DNA from: Camelus dromedarius | Taxonomy: Eukaryota | Assembly (NCBI RefSeq): GCF_036321535.1 | Contig: NC_087436.1 | Span: forward strand, 37,698,001-37,762,000 | DNA length: 64,000 nt | Direction: 5' to 3' | In this document: positions 38,401-50,640 of the stretch, in pieces | Layout of the letters: the number at the start of each line of letters is the position of its first letter | Position numbering within the stretch: position 1 is the first letter of the stretch | Notes under the pieces: generated by a model | Database searches by the model: none | Seen by the model: only the letters and a program-made list of their open reading frames with translations | Told to the model about the DNA's origin: nothing | Position numbers and translations under genes: made by a program

Positions 38401-40934
38401 AGTATTTCTTCCAAATGGCCACATGCTCCAGCCCCTACACTTTGAATCTAACCGAACCACTCTCTATTTGATCAAGTTTACCTTCTGGTCTAGTTTAAAA
38501 CTTGGAGAAATATCATAGGAGAATATAGTTTTAGAATTTTAAGGTCATTCATGAATGAATTACTTTGAGGCCCATCTATTTAAAAAAATGTTTATATGGT
38601 ATCAAAGACTCCTTCCATCCAAGTGAAAGGGCAAGGATGATTGACTTTTAAGGTCCAGACAGAAAACAATCATGGGCCAGGCCACTGAACTACAGTTTTA
38701 TATTTGTAAAGTGGCATTTTGTCCTCCTGCAAATATATGAGAATCCCTGGGAGGATCCTAGCTCATATGCCTAAATCCAGGAACAGTATGGTCCCAGGGT
38801 GTGCAGAAGAAGTACAGAGATTCTACTCACCCCAAGGCTGCCCTGTAGTGAGTTTATCTGCTCTGGGTTGAGCCACTCATAGTCAAGGAATACAAGGGAA
38901 TAAGGGGAGAAATAGAATGTCCTGCCTCAATCCAAAGACCCTTGTACCTGGAAACAATCTGCACATTCTAAAAGATTTACTCAGACCTTAATCATTTTAA
39001 TTTTAAACTAAACCAAAAATAAATAATGATCCAATTAACCATTTTGGTCTTTTGAAATAAAATGAGTCACAGATCTAGTTGACACAGTGACATCCATACA
39101 AGATTTAGGTTTCAAGTCCGTGAAACCAGAATCAAGTAACATGTTTAGAGGTTTACTCCGTAGGTCTTCAATCGGCTTTTAGAGAGATAAATGAAACTTC
39201 TGAATAGGTGGGCCATTTTGCTCTTGTGTTGCAAATTAGAACCATTATCAGAGGTCAAGTCTTCAAATTTCCAAGTTCACTGTAGATGGCCACTGATACT
39301 GACAGGAAGCTCTCTTTGCTATATGTCTAAAGCCATTGTCAGTATCACAGATGCAAGGAAGTGACCAGCATATATTTGAAGTTGAAGTCCAAGAAATATT
39401 GTTGCTGAAACGAACAAATGGATGATTTCTATTACTCTCTATTTTTGGAAACATTGATACCAGTTTTTTTTAAAAAATCAAATTATTGTTTCTTTCTCAT
39501 CACAGTCAGTGTTACCTACTTTGGTCCTCCACATTGATTAAATTAGCTGAATTTTTAACAAATTTCTAGTGTGTTCCTAAACATAAGAAAGTGTTCTGCT
39601 TGCAGGTAGATATTTTTGTTTGTTTTCCAGCTTAATTATTTGGTTTCTGCCTTGCTACTTGTGAATTTAATATTTTAAACAAATTATCTCTGCTATTATC
39701 CTTGTTATTTGCCTTTAATGCTGATCTCATTAAAGAGAAAAACTTTCACCAACTTTTGGAGTTAAAGGTTTGTTTTTAAGTAAATGTCCACTAGATGGAA
39801 CTATTGTTTCAAAAGAACACGGGTAATGCCATAGAAGAGACCCACTTCTAAAGCTTTTCCCACTGAAAGTTACCTCATAAAAACAGGTAGATAATGCCTT
39901 TTCTTTCTTTCTTTTTAAAAAATAACTCTTTTCCTTTTACATACATAGCATTACCATTTAAAAACACATGCCATTTGAAGACATATTTTTTATTTTCTGA
40001 AAATCTTTACATCTCTAACACATTATTTCGCTAAGCTATAGCAATGCAGAGTTCTCTTTTTAAAATTTTTTCCTCCGATATATTTCACAGGTTTAATGAC
40101 AACAAATGAAAATATCTTAGTTGTAAAATGTGTCTTAAAATCAGAGGGAACTTGCTTAATGAGTCAGAAATGGAAAATACAATTCAAAGAGATTTAAATA
40201 AAAACCCTAAAACTAAAGCACTTAAAAAGATAATAAAACCTCAAGTGTGGAAACACACACACAAAGATTAAACGTATAAAAGACAAACGTACATATGTCT
40301 CTCAAGATCTCAAAGAAACAATAAGGTTGTGTGTTCACACATCCTTGCCCCGTTTACAGAACTATATTTAAGCTGCATATTTTACTATTTGCTAATGCAA
40401 ATGGCATACTAAAGTTACAAATTACATTCCATTCCTGTTTGCCGTTGCTGACGTGACAATAAAAATTTTCTTTATTAACTGAAATTTGTCATGATTTACC
40501 CTTAGTTCAGTATACTTAAGCTTCTAAAGCAGTTTTTTTTCATTTTCTTACTATAATGATAATCACTAATATTTTAAAAGCATTTACTTAATGTTTTATG
40601 GCATATTATGTTTTATAAGTAAACATGGCTTTGGAATTAACTATTAACTTACTACCTGTAGGAAGCACAATTCTGAGGAAGCAAAGTTATGATGCAACAT
40701 GCAAGCATTTTAGTAGGAGGCTTCCGGCCTTCAGCCTAATAAGCTTCCTCTGCCTGTCATCCCCCAAGTCACTTTCAACAATTGATGAAGAGAAATCTAG
40801 CAACTTCTCAGCAAGCTCTTTGAGGTAGTGATTGCAGATATCAAAGAGTACATGTTTCATAAAGCAGGTCTGAGCCACCATGATATCACTGGAAATACTA
40901 TGATTCTTCTTGCCTCTGTGAAAGCTGAGGGGAA

Positions 40935-41025
40935 TTTTTTTATCATTTTTATATAAGTTTCAGGTGTACAGGATCATAATTCAACATCTATATATACTAC
41001 AGAGTGATTCACCACCACACAGGTG
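40935..41025 (-). mobile_element. Very short L1 3' terminal fragment
   Basis: 'ttttatataagtttcaggtgtacag...cataattcaacatctatatatactacagagtgattcaccacca'. Confidence 0.65.
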
Positions 41026-41254
41026 ACCCCAAGAGGATTTTTTAAAATTAAATTGAAATAGTATTAGTACTTTCTTAAAGTTCTTCTCCAAAGCCCTCAC
41101 AACTAAAAAATAATTTTTAAAGCTTCAAGAGTAAAAGTTCTTCCTTACATAATGTACTTAATAAAATTTAGCAAATAGATTAAGGTTCTCAAAAACTAAC
41201 AGCAATTTTATGGTCTTCCTTTAAATCATTTGTCAAAATAAAGATTCAAATATT

Positions 41255-43170
41255 GGTTTTTTTCCTCAATATATTGAGAAATAAGTGACATCTATTACTG
41301 TATAAGTTTAAGGCATACAGCAAGATGGTTTGATTTACATGTATTGTGAAATGATTACCATTATAGGTTCAGCTAACATCCATCTTCTCGTATAGATACA
41401 GTAAACTGAAAAGAAAGAAGAAAAGAAAGGAAAAAAAGTCTCCTTGTGATGAACACTCTGTATTTTCTCACCAACTTGCCTATATATCATGTATCAGTGT
41501 TAGGTCTCACCATCATGTTGCACATTACATCCCAAGCATTTATTTATCTCATAACTGGAAATTTGTACCTTTTGATCCCATTCCTCCAATTTCTCCTCCC
41601 TCCCACCCTCCACCTAGGTAAGCACAAATCTGACCTCTTTTTCTATGAGTTTTAAAAATACATATATTCCACAGAGAAGTGAGATTAAACAGTATTTGTC
41701 TTTGTCTGACTAATTTCACTTAGCATAATGCCTACAAGGTCCATCCATGTTGTCACAAATGTTCCTTGTATTTTAATGGCTGAATAATATTCCATTTTGT
41801 ATATATGTAAAAACTTCTTTATCCATTCATTCATCAATGAACACTTAGGTTGTTTCCATGTTGTGGCTATTGTAAATATGCTGCTATGAACACCAGGGTA
41901 CTGGTATTTTTTCAGGTTAGTGTTTTTGTTTCTTTTGGATGTATTCCCAGAAGTGGAATTGCTGGATCATATGGTATTTCTGTTTTTAATTTTGCAAGGA
42001 TCCTCCATACTGTTTTCCAGTGTTTTACATGTGAATGTCCAGTTGTCCCAGCATTGTTTATTAAAGAGACTGTCCTTTCTCCATTGAGTATTCTTGGCTC
42101 CCTTGTCAAATATTGGTCATATATGCTTGGGTTTATTTCTGGGTTCTTGATTTTGTTCCATTAATCTATTTGTCTGGTTTTATTTTTGGTTTGGGGGGAT
42201 TGTTTTGGTTTGTTTTGCCAGTATTATGCTGTTTTCATGGCTAAAGCTTCATAGAATAGCTTAAAATCAGAAAGTGGAATTCCTTCTGCTTTGTTCCTCT
42301 TTCTTATGATTTCTTGGGCTATTCAGGGTCTTTTCTGGTTTCATATAAATTTTAGAAGTATTGTTCCTACTTCTGTAAAAATGCCATTGAAATCCTGATA
42401 GGTCTTGTATTGAATGTATAGATGGCTTTTGGTAGTATTGACATTTTAACAATATTAATTCTTCCAGTCCCTGAGCAAGTTAATTTTCTATTTATTTATA
42501 TCTTCTTTGCTTTCTTTTATCAATGTCTTGTAGTTCTCAGAATATAGATCTTTCACCTCCTTAGGTAAATTTATGCCTAAATATTTGGTTGTTTTTGATG
42601 CTATTCTAAATGGGATGGGGTTTTTTTTCCTGAAAGTTCGTTGTTAGTGTACAGAAATGCTACTGATTTCATGTGTTAAGTTTGTATCCTGCAACTTTAT
42701 TGAATTAATTGACTAGATCTAACAGTTTCTTGATTAAGTCTTTAGGATTTTCTATATATAAAATCATGTCATCTGCAAATAAAGACAATTTACTTCTTAC
42801 TTTCCAATTATGATATCTTTTATTTCTTTTTTCTGGCAAGATTGCTCTAGCTAGGACCTCCTGTACTATGTTGAATAGGAGGAGCAAAATGTTGGCACTC
42901 TTTTTTTGCTCCTGATCTTAGAGGAAAAGCTTTCAACCGTAAATATAAGTATGATGTTAGCTGCAGGCTTGTCATATGTGGCCTTTATTATGTTGAGATA
43001 TGTTCCTTCTATGCCTAATTTGTTTAGAGTTTTTATCATGAATGGATGTTGAATTTTGTCAAATGCTTTTTCTGCACCTATTGAAATGGTCATATGATCC
43101 TTATCTTTCTTTCTATTAATGTGATGTATTGATTTGTGTATGTTGAACCATCCTTATATCCTAGGGATAA
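41255..43170 (-). mobile_element. 5'-truncated LINE-1 (L1MA9-like) with internal deletion
   Basis: ORF track peptides [33 protein letters not shown] (RT active site) and [17 protein letters not shown]; frameshifted. Confidence 0.95.
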
Positions 43171-43739
43171 CAAACATTAGGCATGGATTTAATGTTATAT
43201 GTACAAATACAAAAGTAGTTCACACGCTATAAATTTTACTTATCAAATCTTCATACTTTGAAATATCTAGAAACTCATTTTCCAGTCCTAACGCTAGACA
43301 ACTAAATTAATTTACTGTGAGATTGTGGGATGGTTTGTTATATAAATGACTTCACGCCATTGATGTTTGGCATAAATGACAAAGGTGGCACTAAAGTCAG
43401 CCTCCTCACATTACTTCACTAGTAAATGCAAGAGAGTGTGAGCCATTGACTCCAATGCCCTACACCTCTGAGTTCCTCAATACTTCAAGAACTATTTCAG
43501 ATTTTACCTCTTTTATGAGATTCTACTCCACCCCAAATCAGAAACCACCTTTTCATTCAGTAAGCTACCATTTTTGTCCTTGGATTTCTAAGTCTCTCAC
43601 ATCATCCATCACTTTCTACTTAATAACAGAATTATTAGCATATGTTTTATCTCCCTCTTCCAAATTGAGAGAGGACTGGGATCCTGGCATATTCATCTTT
43701 GCATCTTGAAAGCTCTCATCACAGTATCTCCCATTACCA

Positions 43740-45420
43740 ACCTGGGACCATCTGGACCATCATCACTCCATCCTCCTGATACTTGGGGGATTGCCTCTTC
43801 CTGGTAAAGGCTAAAGCCTCGCACTGTGTCTTATATCCTCCTTCCCACCTCCTTAGGGATCTCCTGCCGCTGGTTATTCTCTTTTCCTTCTTTATTGGAT
43901 TCTTCCCATCAGCAAAAAATCACGCACAAGTCTCTTCTAAAACTTTCTTTACAAACTGATACACCGTTGCAACTAGCATGCTATCTCTCCTCTCCCTTAA
44001 CAGCTAAACTTCTTGAAAGCATTTCCTACACATGCTGTCACCACGTCCACAGCACTCACTCATTTCTGAGCCCTGTATGATCTGGCTTCTATCCTCATCA
44101 CTCAAACGAAGCTGTTATCACAAGAGACACCAATGATCTTCTGGTTGCTGAATCCAATGGGTACTTCTTAAAAGTTTTTTTTTGGCCTCTCTATGTCACC
44201 TAACACTATTGACCATTCTTCCCTCTTTCAAGTGCTCTCTTCCCTTAAACTTCTGTGACATTTTATGCTCCTGGATTTCTTCCTGAGTCTCAACCCATCT
44301 CTTAAAATGTGGACTTTGGTCAGTGTTCTGTCCTTGGCTTTTTTCTGTTCCGAGTCTACACACTTTCCCTGAACAGTCGCCTAATCCACAGTTTCAGATG
44401 CCATTAGACTGGTTTTGTATCTTTGTTTTATCTCCAGCCTAGACGCCTCTTCTGAATATTTTACCTCCATAAAGCCTGCTAGACTCTTCTGTTTGGATGG
44501 TCCATACACACCCAAAGTGCAGCACGTCCCAAGAAAAACTCATCATATTTTCTCCTTTAACCCAAATCTGTTGCTTATGTTTTGTTTCTCATCGCATTGA
44601 AAGGTGGTTCTTTAAATCAAGTTTCCCAGTCAGAAACCGGAGTATCTTCCCTGAATTGTCCTTCTCTTATATTCTATATATTCCACTAAACACTGAACTC
44701 TGCTCATTCTAACATCAAAGTTTTTTGCATATGGTCCCTGTTCTCCAATCTCTCTCCCATTACCCTGGGTAAGACCACCATAAATTCTAACCTGGATTTC
44801 TGCCATGCCTTCTGACTCATCACCCTTCCTCCAGTCCTGGTTTCTGGTAACTCATTTTTCCACACTGACAGCTGAGTAAACTTGACAAATACAAATCATC
44901 CCCCAGTCAAACACTTCAATCACACTAGTGATTTGTAGGACAAAGTCCAACTTCCTTAAGATAGTTTACAAGAGTGTGTGCATAACCTGGTTGTTGCTGA
45001 CTTCTCTGGCCTCATCTGTGGTCACACCCACTTCAAACTCAACATTCCAGCTCTCCTAACATCTCTGAGTTCCCTCAACAGGCTGTGCTCTCTCACCTTG
45101 GGCCCTACTCACCTGCTTCTCCCAATGTCTAGATCACCCTTATACCCACCTCTCAACCCCTTTGCAAGGCTGGCTCCTTCTCACGTACCAAGTCTCTCAG
45201 TAGCCCCTCCCTGCAGAAAATTTCCACTAACTTACTGCACCTGGGTCTGGTGTTTGTCAGGTATTTGTCCTAGTACCTCTAGTGGCATCTTACACTTTGT
45301 AGGTCATACATAATTGTTCTTGCCTGTTGACCTACCTGCATGCTCATGAATCGGGACTGTGTCTATTCTGTGCACAGCCATAACCTAATGGTGCATACCA
45401 TGGCTATGCAACACTTGGTA
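43740..45420 (+). mobile_element. L2 LINE, long fragment including a degraded RT region
   Basis: From 44081 translates SGFYPHHSNEAVITRDTNDLLVA, matching the L2/CR1 RT motif QSGFRPxHSTETAL..VTNDLL; L2-type 3' region follows. Confidence 0.85.
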
Positions 45421-47399
45421 CCTAGCAGTGATCAATGTGTATTGAAGAGATCATAGGTGCTCGAAAATGTATATAGTATGTGATGGCTTTTAAAAAGCCA
45501 TCAAAACTACCACAATGGGGAGAAAAGGGCTGCTGGTCTTGGTTAGATAGTTTTGTTTTGGTTTTTTGCCATGTGACTAACTGTAAGATAATGGTTTCAT
45601 CTAAGCAAGTCAATTACATGGTCATACACATAAGCCATAGGGCAATTCTAACAAATTATATTTTCATATGTCCATAGATGGACACAGATTGCCACATCAT
45701 AACACTTGGGTCACCCTGGGGTAATCAACACTGAACTCTAAGAAGATCCAAATAAATGAATTGGCTAAGAGAAATTCTATACATTCATGATTTTAAACCC
45801 AATCTGTGTATGAATTTACACATTATAATATTTAAATTGAAGAAGTAATTTATCATAGATTATACTAAACTGCCAGAGAAATCACTTTTCTTTATGCTGG
45901 AAAAGTCTAGTCATTTACAAATGGAAATGAATTCTTCAGCTCAGTTTATAAGATTCACATAAAAGGTAACATTTTTAACTGTCCAAAATGGCTAGCTGCA
46001 TGGAAGAAATAAGTAAACAGCAGTGTGATTAAATCCTAGAAAGTGTTCAGTACCTAACTGGCAATAGCTAGACAAGCAAGGATCACCTTTTTCAATTCCC
46101 GCATCACACAGATGAGAAAAATGAGTCCCGAGAGGTCAGGTTTAATTGTGCAGGTCACCCCGCCATATCCAGGCAAAACCCCCGTCTTGTTAGTAGGATC
46201 ACAGAAGAACCCATGTGTCACACCTTCCTGCCCAGTGCTCTTTCCATTGCATTTCACTGTCCCTGACCACCCTCACCTCCTTTCATTTGCAGCTTGTGTG
46301 AACACCCTCAGCATGGCTTAGAATTTCTAAGTCTTCCTGCAATATTGAGAAAGCATTTCAATGGCATGTTTTCTAGCTACTGTTGTAAAAAAATTTTTTT
46401 AGTGAACTCTTATCTGGAATCACAATATTAAAAAAACAGGTAAAAATCAATGAATGAGATTTTCAGGAAATTTAAATCTTCATTGTTTGTGGAACCCCTG
46501 AAGCCCTTACAAATGTTCAAAATATCCAGGGAACAGAGTTGGAAAACTACTCCAAGCTGAGGGAAGTGGATATTTGGCAGCCAGAGTTTTGGATTCTGCC
46601 ATTCTCCTTGGACTTGAAGAGAGCCAGTTGACATGGCAAAGCGTTACTTTAGCATTCTTACATGTTTTAATCATGTTGATTTTTTTTTCTTTTTTTTTTT
46701 TTTAGCCACAATCAAGCACTGAATAATTACTACAATAAGATAACAATGTAACTTGGAACTCAGCCAAAATGGTAGAAAACTGGGGGCAGGGGAGGGGTTC
46801 TTGTGCTTTTTTTTTCCTTCTTTGTCACTTTACATCCATTCATTCAACAATTTAAAATTTGTTTATGTGTTTGTTTTTATACTATTTTCCCCTGAGGGGC
46901 TTTGGTCACCAGCAAATTGGCTAGTGCTTCTGCAACTTAAGAGACCTGACCTAGGGAAGGCAACAACATTTTTTTATTAACATACTTTATGTTGTAGACA
47001 CTGGCCAGTCATTCAAGCATCCATGTATTCCATCTGCCATGTTTTGCTTTCCTCCCATTCATGACTCCAAGTCTACTCCATACTTCGTCTCCTTGTAAGT
47101 CTTCAGTGCCTATTTCACTCTGGCTCTCTCATGAATGAAGCCATGTCTAACTCACCTGAAGATGACTAAGATTGCTTCCTTCTTCCTTCCTTTAAACCCT
47201 TATGGCATTTGCTCAGACTTCTTTTATAATACTAGGATTCATCAGTGTTAGAGTTTTCATGGTACTTGTCTCCTCTCTGCCTCATCATCCACTCCTCTCC
47301 ACACTCCGCAGGGCACACTTCTGTTTTGGAGACACTCACTTTCTTACTTACATACCGATCCATTGGAGCATCTAGCTCAATGCCTTGGAAAAAAGAATG

Positions 47400-47590
47400 G
47401 GATTTGGGAAAGATGAATTGAAGACAAATCCTTGCCTTACAATTTTTCTAAACTAATATGTTGGTTATGTAACTTTTCTGTACCTCAGTTTCCCCATCTG
47501 GAAAATGGGGAGAATGCCTGTTCATAATCTTTTAGTTAAGACTGCAAATAACGCATACAAGGTCCTCAGCCCTGGGCTAGTAAGAGAGGT
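47400..47590 (+). mobile_element. MIR SINE
   Basis: 'tgtaacttttctgtacctcagtttccccatctggaaaatgggg'. Confidence 0.7.
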
Positions 47591-49004
47591 CTATCATTAC
47601 TAAGTACATGATTTAATTCATATAGCCTGGAGCTTTGGTCTGCAGATTACTGTGGCTACAGCAACAGTCTTTCCACCAGATGCAGACACCTGCATGCATA
47701 GGTATGTAGGCCGGAACCTGGCCTGTAAACTGTCTTGTAAAGGCTGATTTTCTTTCTCCCCAATCTATTTTGTAGTCCTGAGCACACATAAGTCAGTGAG
47801 ACATGACAGAAAGAACCATTTGGAGTAAGAAAATCTGGTCTTCAACCTAAGCCTAAATGTTTGCCTGATAGTGAGGAAGCCAGACCTTTAGACCCTCAGG
47901 TTTCCATGCATAAAACCAGAAGAATCCTATCATATTTACCTCACAGATTTTAAGTGAGGAGCAGAGAGAATTACAGAAAGAAGAGCCATTTGGAAACTGT
48001 AAAGGGAAATACAAATATAAATTAAATATTTAGTTGGTTTTTTAAAATTTTTCAGTAGGTATAATACAAACTTTGTACACAATCAAAAAAATACAAATGG
48101 GTATCCAGCGAAAGGCCAGTCTTTCCTTCACTCCTGTCCCCCAGCCACTCAGCTCCCCTCACTAGGGGCAACAGATGTTATCATTTCTTGTTTATCCTTC
48201 CAAATATGTTTATATATTTATATGCAATATATTAATAACTTTTTAAAAACTCACCAACAGCCCCCCCACAGCTTCCCCTAGCCTCCCCCAGCCTAAGGTT
48301 TCACTTGTCACTTTTAAAGCCAGAAACACCCAAGGGTGACACCTTGCATGGTTGCAGTTGGCCATCTTGCACTGTTGACCATACTGACCATTAAGGGGCA
48401 CTCAGTCACTGAGAAAGAGTGTCATAATTCTGAAAAGCCATCATTCTCAGCACACAGTCCCCCAGGGAGCATAGGACCCAGTGAAGCCCAAAGTTGCTGC
48501 ATCTTCTGCTCAGAACCACAATAACTAAATGGTCCCTATTCTCACACATTCCAACTGAAGCCACAATCCACTGAAAATCAATTGTTCTACTTTTTTTCCT
48601 CTGCATGCCCCTTGCTCAACTTGGATGCATATGAAATGCTTTATTCTGATTTTCCCTATCTTTGCTTGAAATTTTGGTTTGTATCCCTGAAACAATGTTA
48701 ATCTTTGGCTGATGTTTGTGTGATATTTACATCCTACCATATTCCCAAGAATATTGTGCAAATTAATTAAAAGTGTCATTTTTACCAAGCTCTTCCAAAT
48801 CTTTAGGTAAAAAGTCTTAAGTATGTGGCTTTAATATTAGAGTCTCTCTAATATTAAACTACTTCCAGATGAATGCTGTAAACCCTGAAACTTCTTAAAG
48901 ACTGTATTCTTAAAAGTCTTCTGGTACTTCCTGAATTTTGAAGATGACTCTTAATATGATCAAGGTTAACGTTTTAATTGATCATCTGTGTTACCTTTCA
49001 GTCA

Positions 49005-49690
49005 CTTATTCAGTCAGGGTCCAATCAGAAGGCACAAACCCAGTCTGTTCTTTAAATAGTGAGAATTGACTATAAGTGGGTATCAGAGAACTGAAAAGGG
49101 CACCCTGGGGGCAAAAAGGGAACACGGAGGTCTCCCAGAGGTAGCAACTGAGAAAGCAGAGGGCTCCCCGGGACACAAAGAAAAGAGGTGGAATCGTTAA
49201 AACCCGTGAGCCTGGAGTTAGAAGCGTGGAGGAACTTGGTGGAGCTAAAACTCGGATCTCTAAGGATGAGACAGAAACTCACGCTGCTGTGTCTGAGCTG
49301 CGACCCATGTCCTGGACCTCTGAGCTCCGGATGCTGGTGTCCCAGACGGGGTGTGATGAGGCTGACTCCACAGGCTGGGAAAACCGTGAGCTGGCATCCA
49401 CTGCTGCTCCTGCGGAGTACCACCACGGCCAAGCGGAGAAGCCCTGCCGGGTAGCCCTGCGGGGTGAGGCACAGGGCACAGGAAGCCAAGGCGGCAGCAG
49501 CGGGAATACAACAGGAAGTGCTCCTTCTCCCTCCGCCCGCCTTGCGTTCACCCCCATCATCCACTGGCAGAGCCAGGCCTGCAGCAGCGGGCCAAGCAGA
49601 ATTGTTTAGCCAGCTCCCAGCCTGCACACCACAGAGCAGGGAGGAAGAGGGAGATGGGGCGCGAAACAGAGTGAAAAGAGTTTAGCACCG
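49005..49690. mobile_element. Probable old LTR (ERVL/MaLR-like), unusually GC-rich
   Basis: Begins 'tattcagtcagggtccaatcagaaggcacaaaccc', similar to LTR termini; family not resolved. Confidence 0.4.
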
Positions 49691-50038
49691 GGCACAAAAT
49701 GCTGTATACGTAGCACGTGTATTTCTCTTCCAAAGGGGAACCTCATATATGTTCAGACTTTGAAAAAAGAATCATTCCCAAAGCCTGTGATGAGGTAAGA
49801 ACTGAAAAGTCCCTCATGGTTTTAGGAAGATCTGTGAACTTTCCCCTGCTTCTCAAATATTGTTCAATAGAATGCATAAATTATTCTCTTCTATACTTTT
49901 GGGGTAACAAAAATACACTGGAAGTGTTTGCTGAAATACCTTAATATGACTCACAGTTAAGAATCAGGTGGATTAGACATGCTTTCTCCATCCCCACTCT
50001 GAAGCAGAACTAGTCCTCCAACCTGAGTGAATATCTGT

Positions 50039-50102
50039 CCCTTGAGATTAGGTGTTTCACCCTTGAATTAGGTGTTTCACCCTTGAATTAGGTGTTTCAC
50101 CC
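50039..50102. repeat. 20-bp tandem repeat, 3 copies (cccttgaattaggtgtttca)
   Basis: Three consecutive copies read directly; the first has a 1-nt insertion. Confidence 0.95.
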
Positions 50103-50499
50103 GCTGAGGGATGTCATATAAAAACAAGACATGTTGTGTTTCCTTTGGGTTAGAAGCAATTAAGTTGATCTTTAGTTTGGTTCTTCCCATTCATATTATA
50201 AAAATGACTTTCTAGAACAAAGATAGTGCCAGGAACCTACAACAGACCTGGAGGTGTGTGTGTTTCTGTGAGTGTGTGTACTTGTGTCAAACACGATGTA
50301 CGAGAATCGGTATCCCAAAAGAAAAGTGAGAGTAGAGCTGATGCCATATTCCTCTTATCCCTGACCTAATTCCGTAAAATTTAGCCCCAAACATAGCACA
50401 TCTTGGAAAGAACACTAAAATGACATTCCAAATTAATACCACATCTTTTGAATTATGTTGATTATGCTGTTGAGTTTTTGAGCCTGTGAGTCCATGAGT

Positions 50500-50640
50500 T
50501 GAGGTAGATTAAAAATGGCCACAAATTCCTTACAGATCCTTTCATCAAGAAGTGGAGTCTACTTCCTCACCTCTTGAATCTGGGCTGGCTTTGAGAGTTG
50601 CGTTGATCAATAAAATGAGGCAGAAGTGACATTGTGTGGC
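50500..50640 (+). mobile_element. MLT1 (G/H-like) LTR 5' fragment
   Basis: 'tgaggtagattaaaaatggccacaaattc...catcaagaagtggagtcta...cttgaatctgggctggc...ggcagaagtgac'. Confidence 0.7.

Noticed and set aside
41850..43093. Reverse-transcriptase-like ORFs as a functional or domesticated gene
   Set aside because: Frameshifted, truncated L1 ORF2 remnants.
49070..49685. Cluster of overlapping 73-185-aa ORFs
   Set aside because: Open on both strands in several frames owing to GC content; no protein family recognised.
50039..50102. CRISPR-like direct repeats
   Set aside because: Contiguous tandem copies with no spacers, in a mammalian genome.
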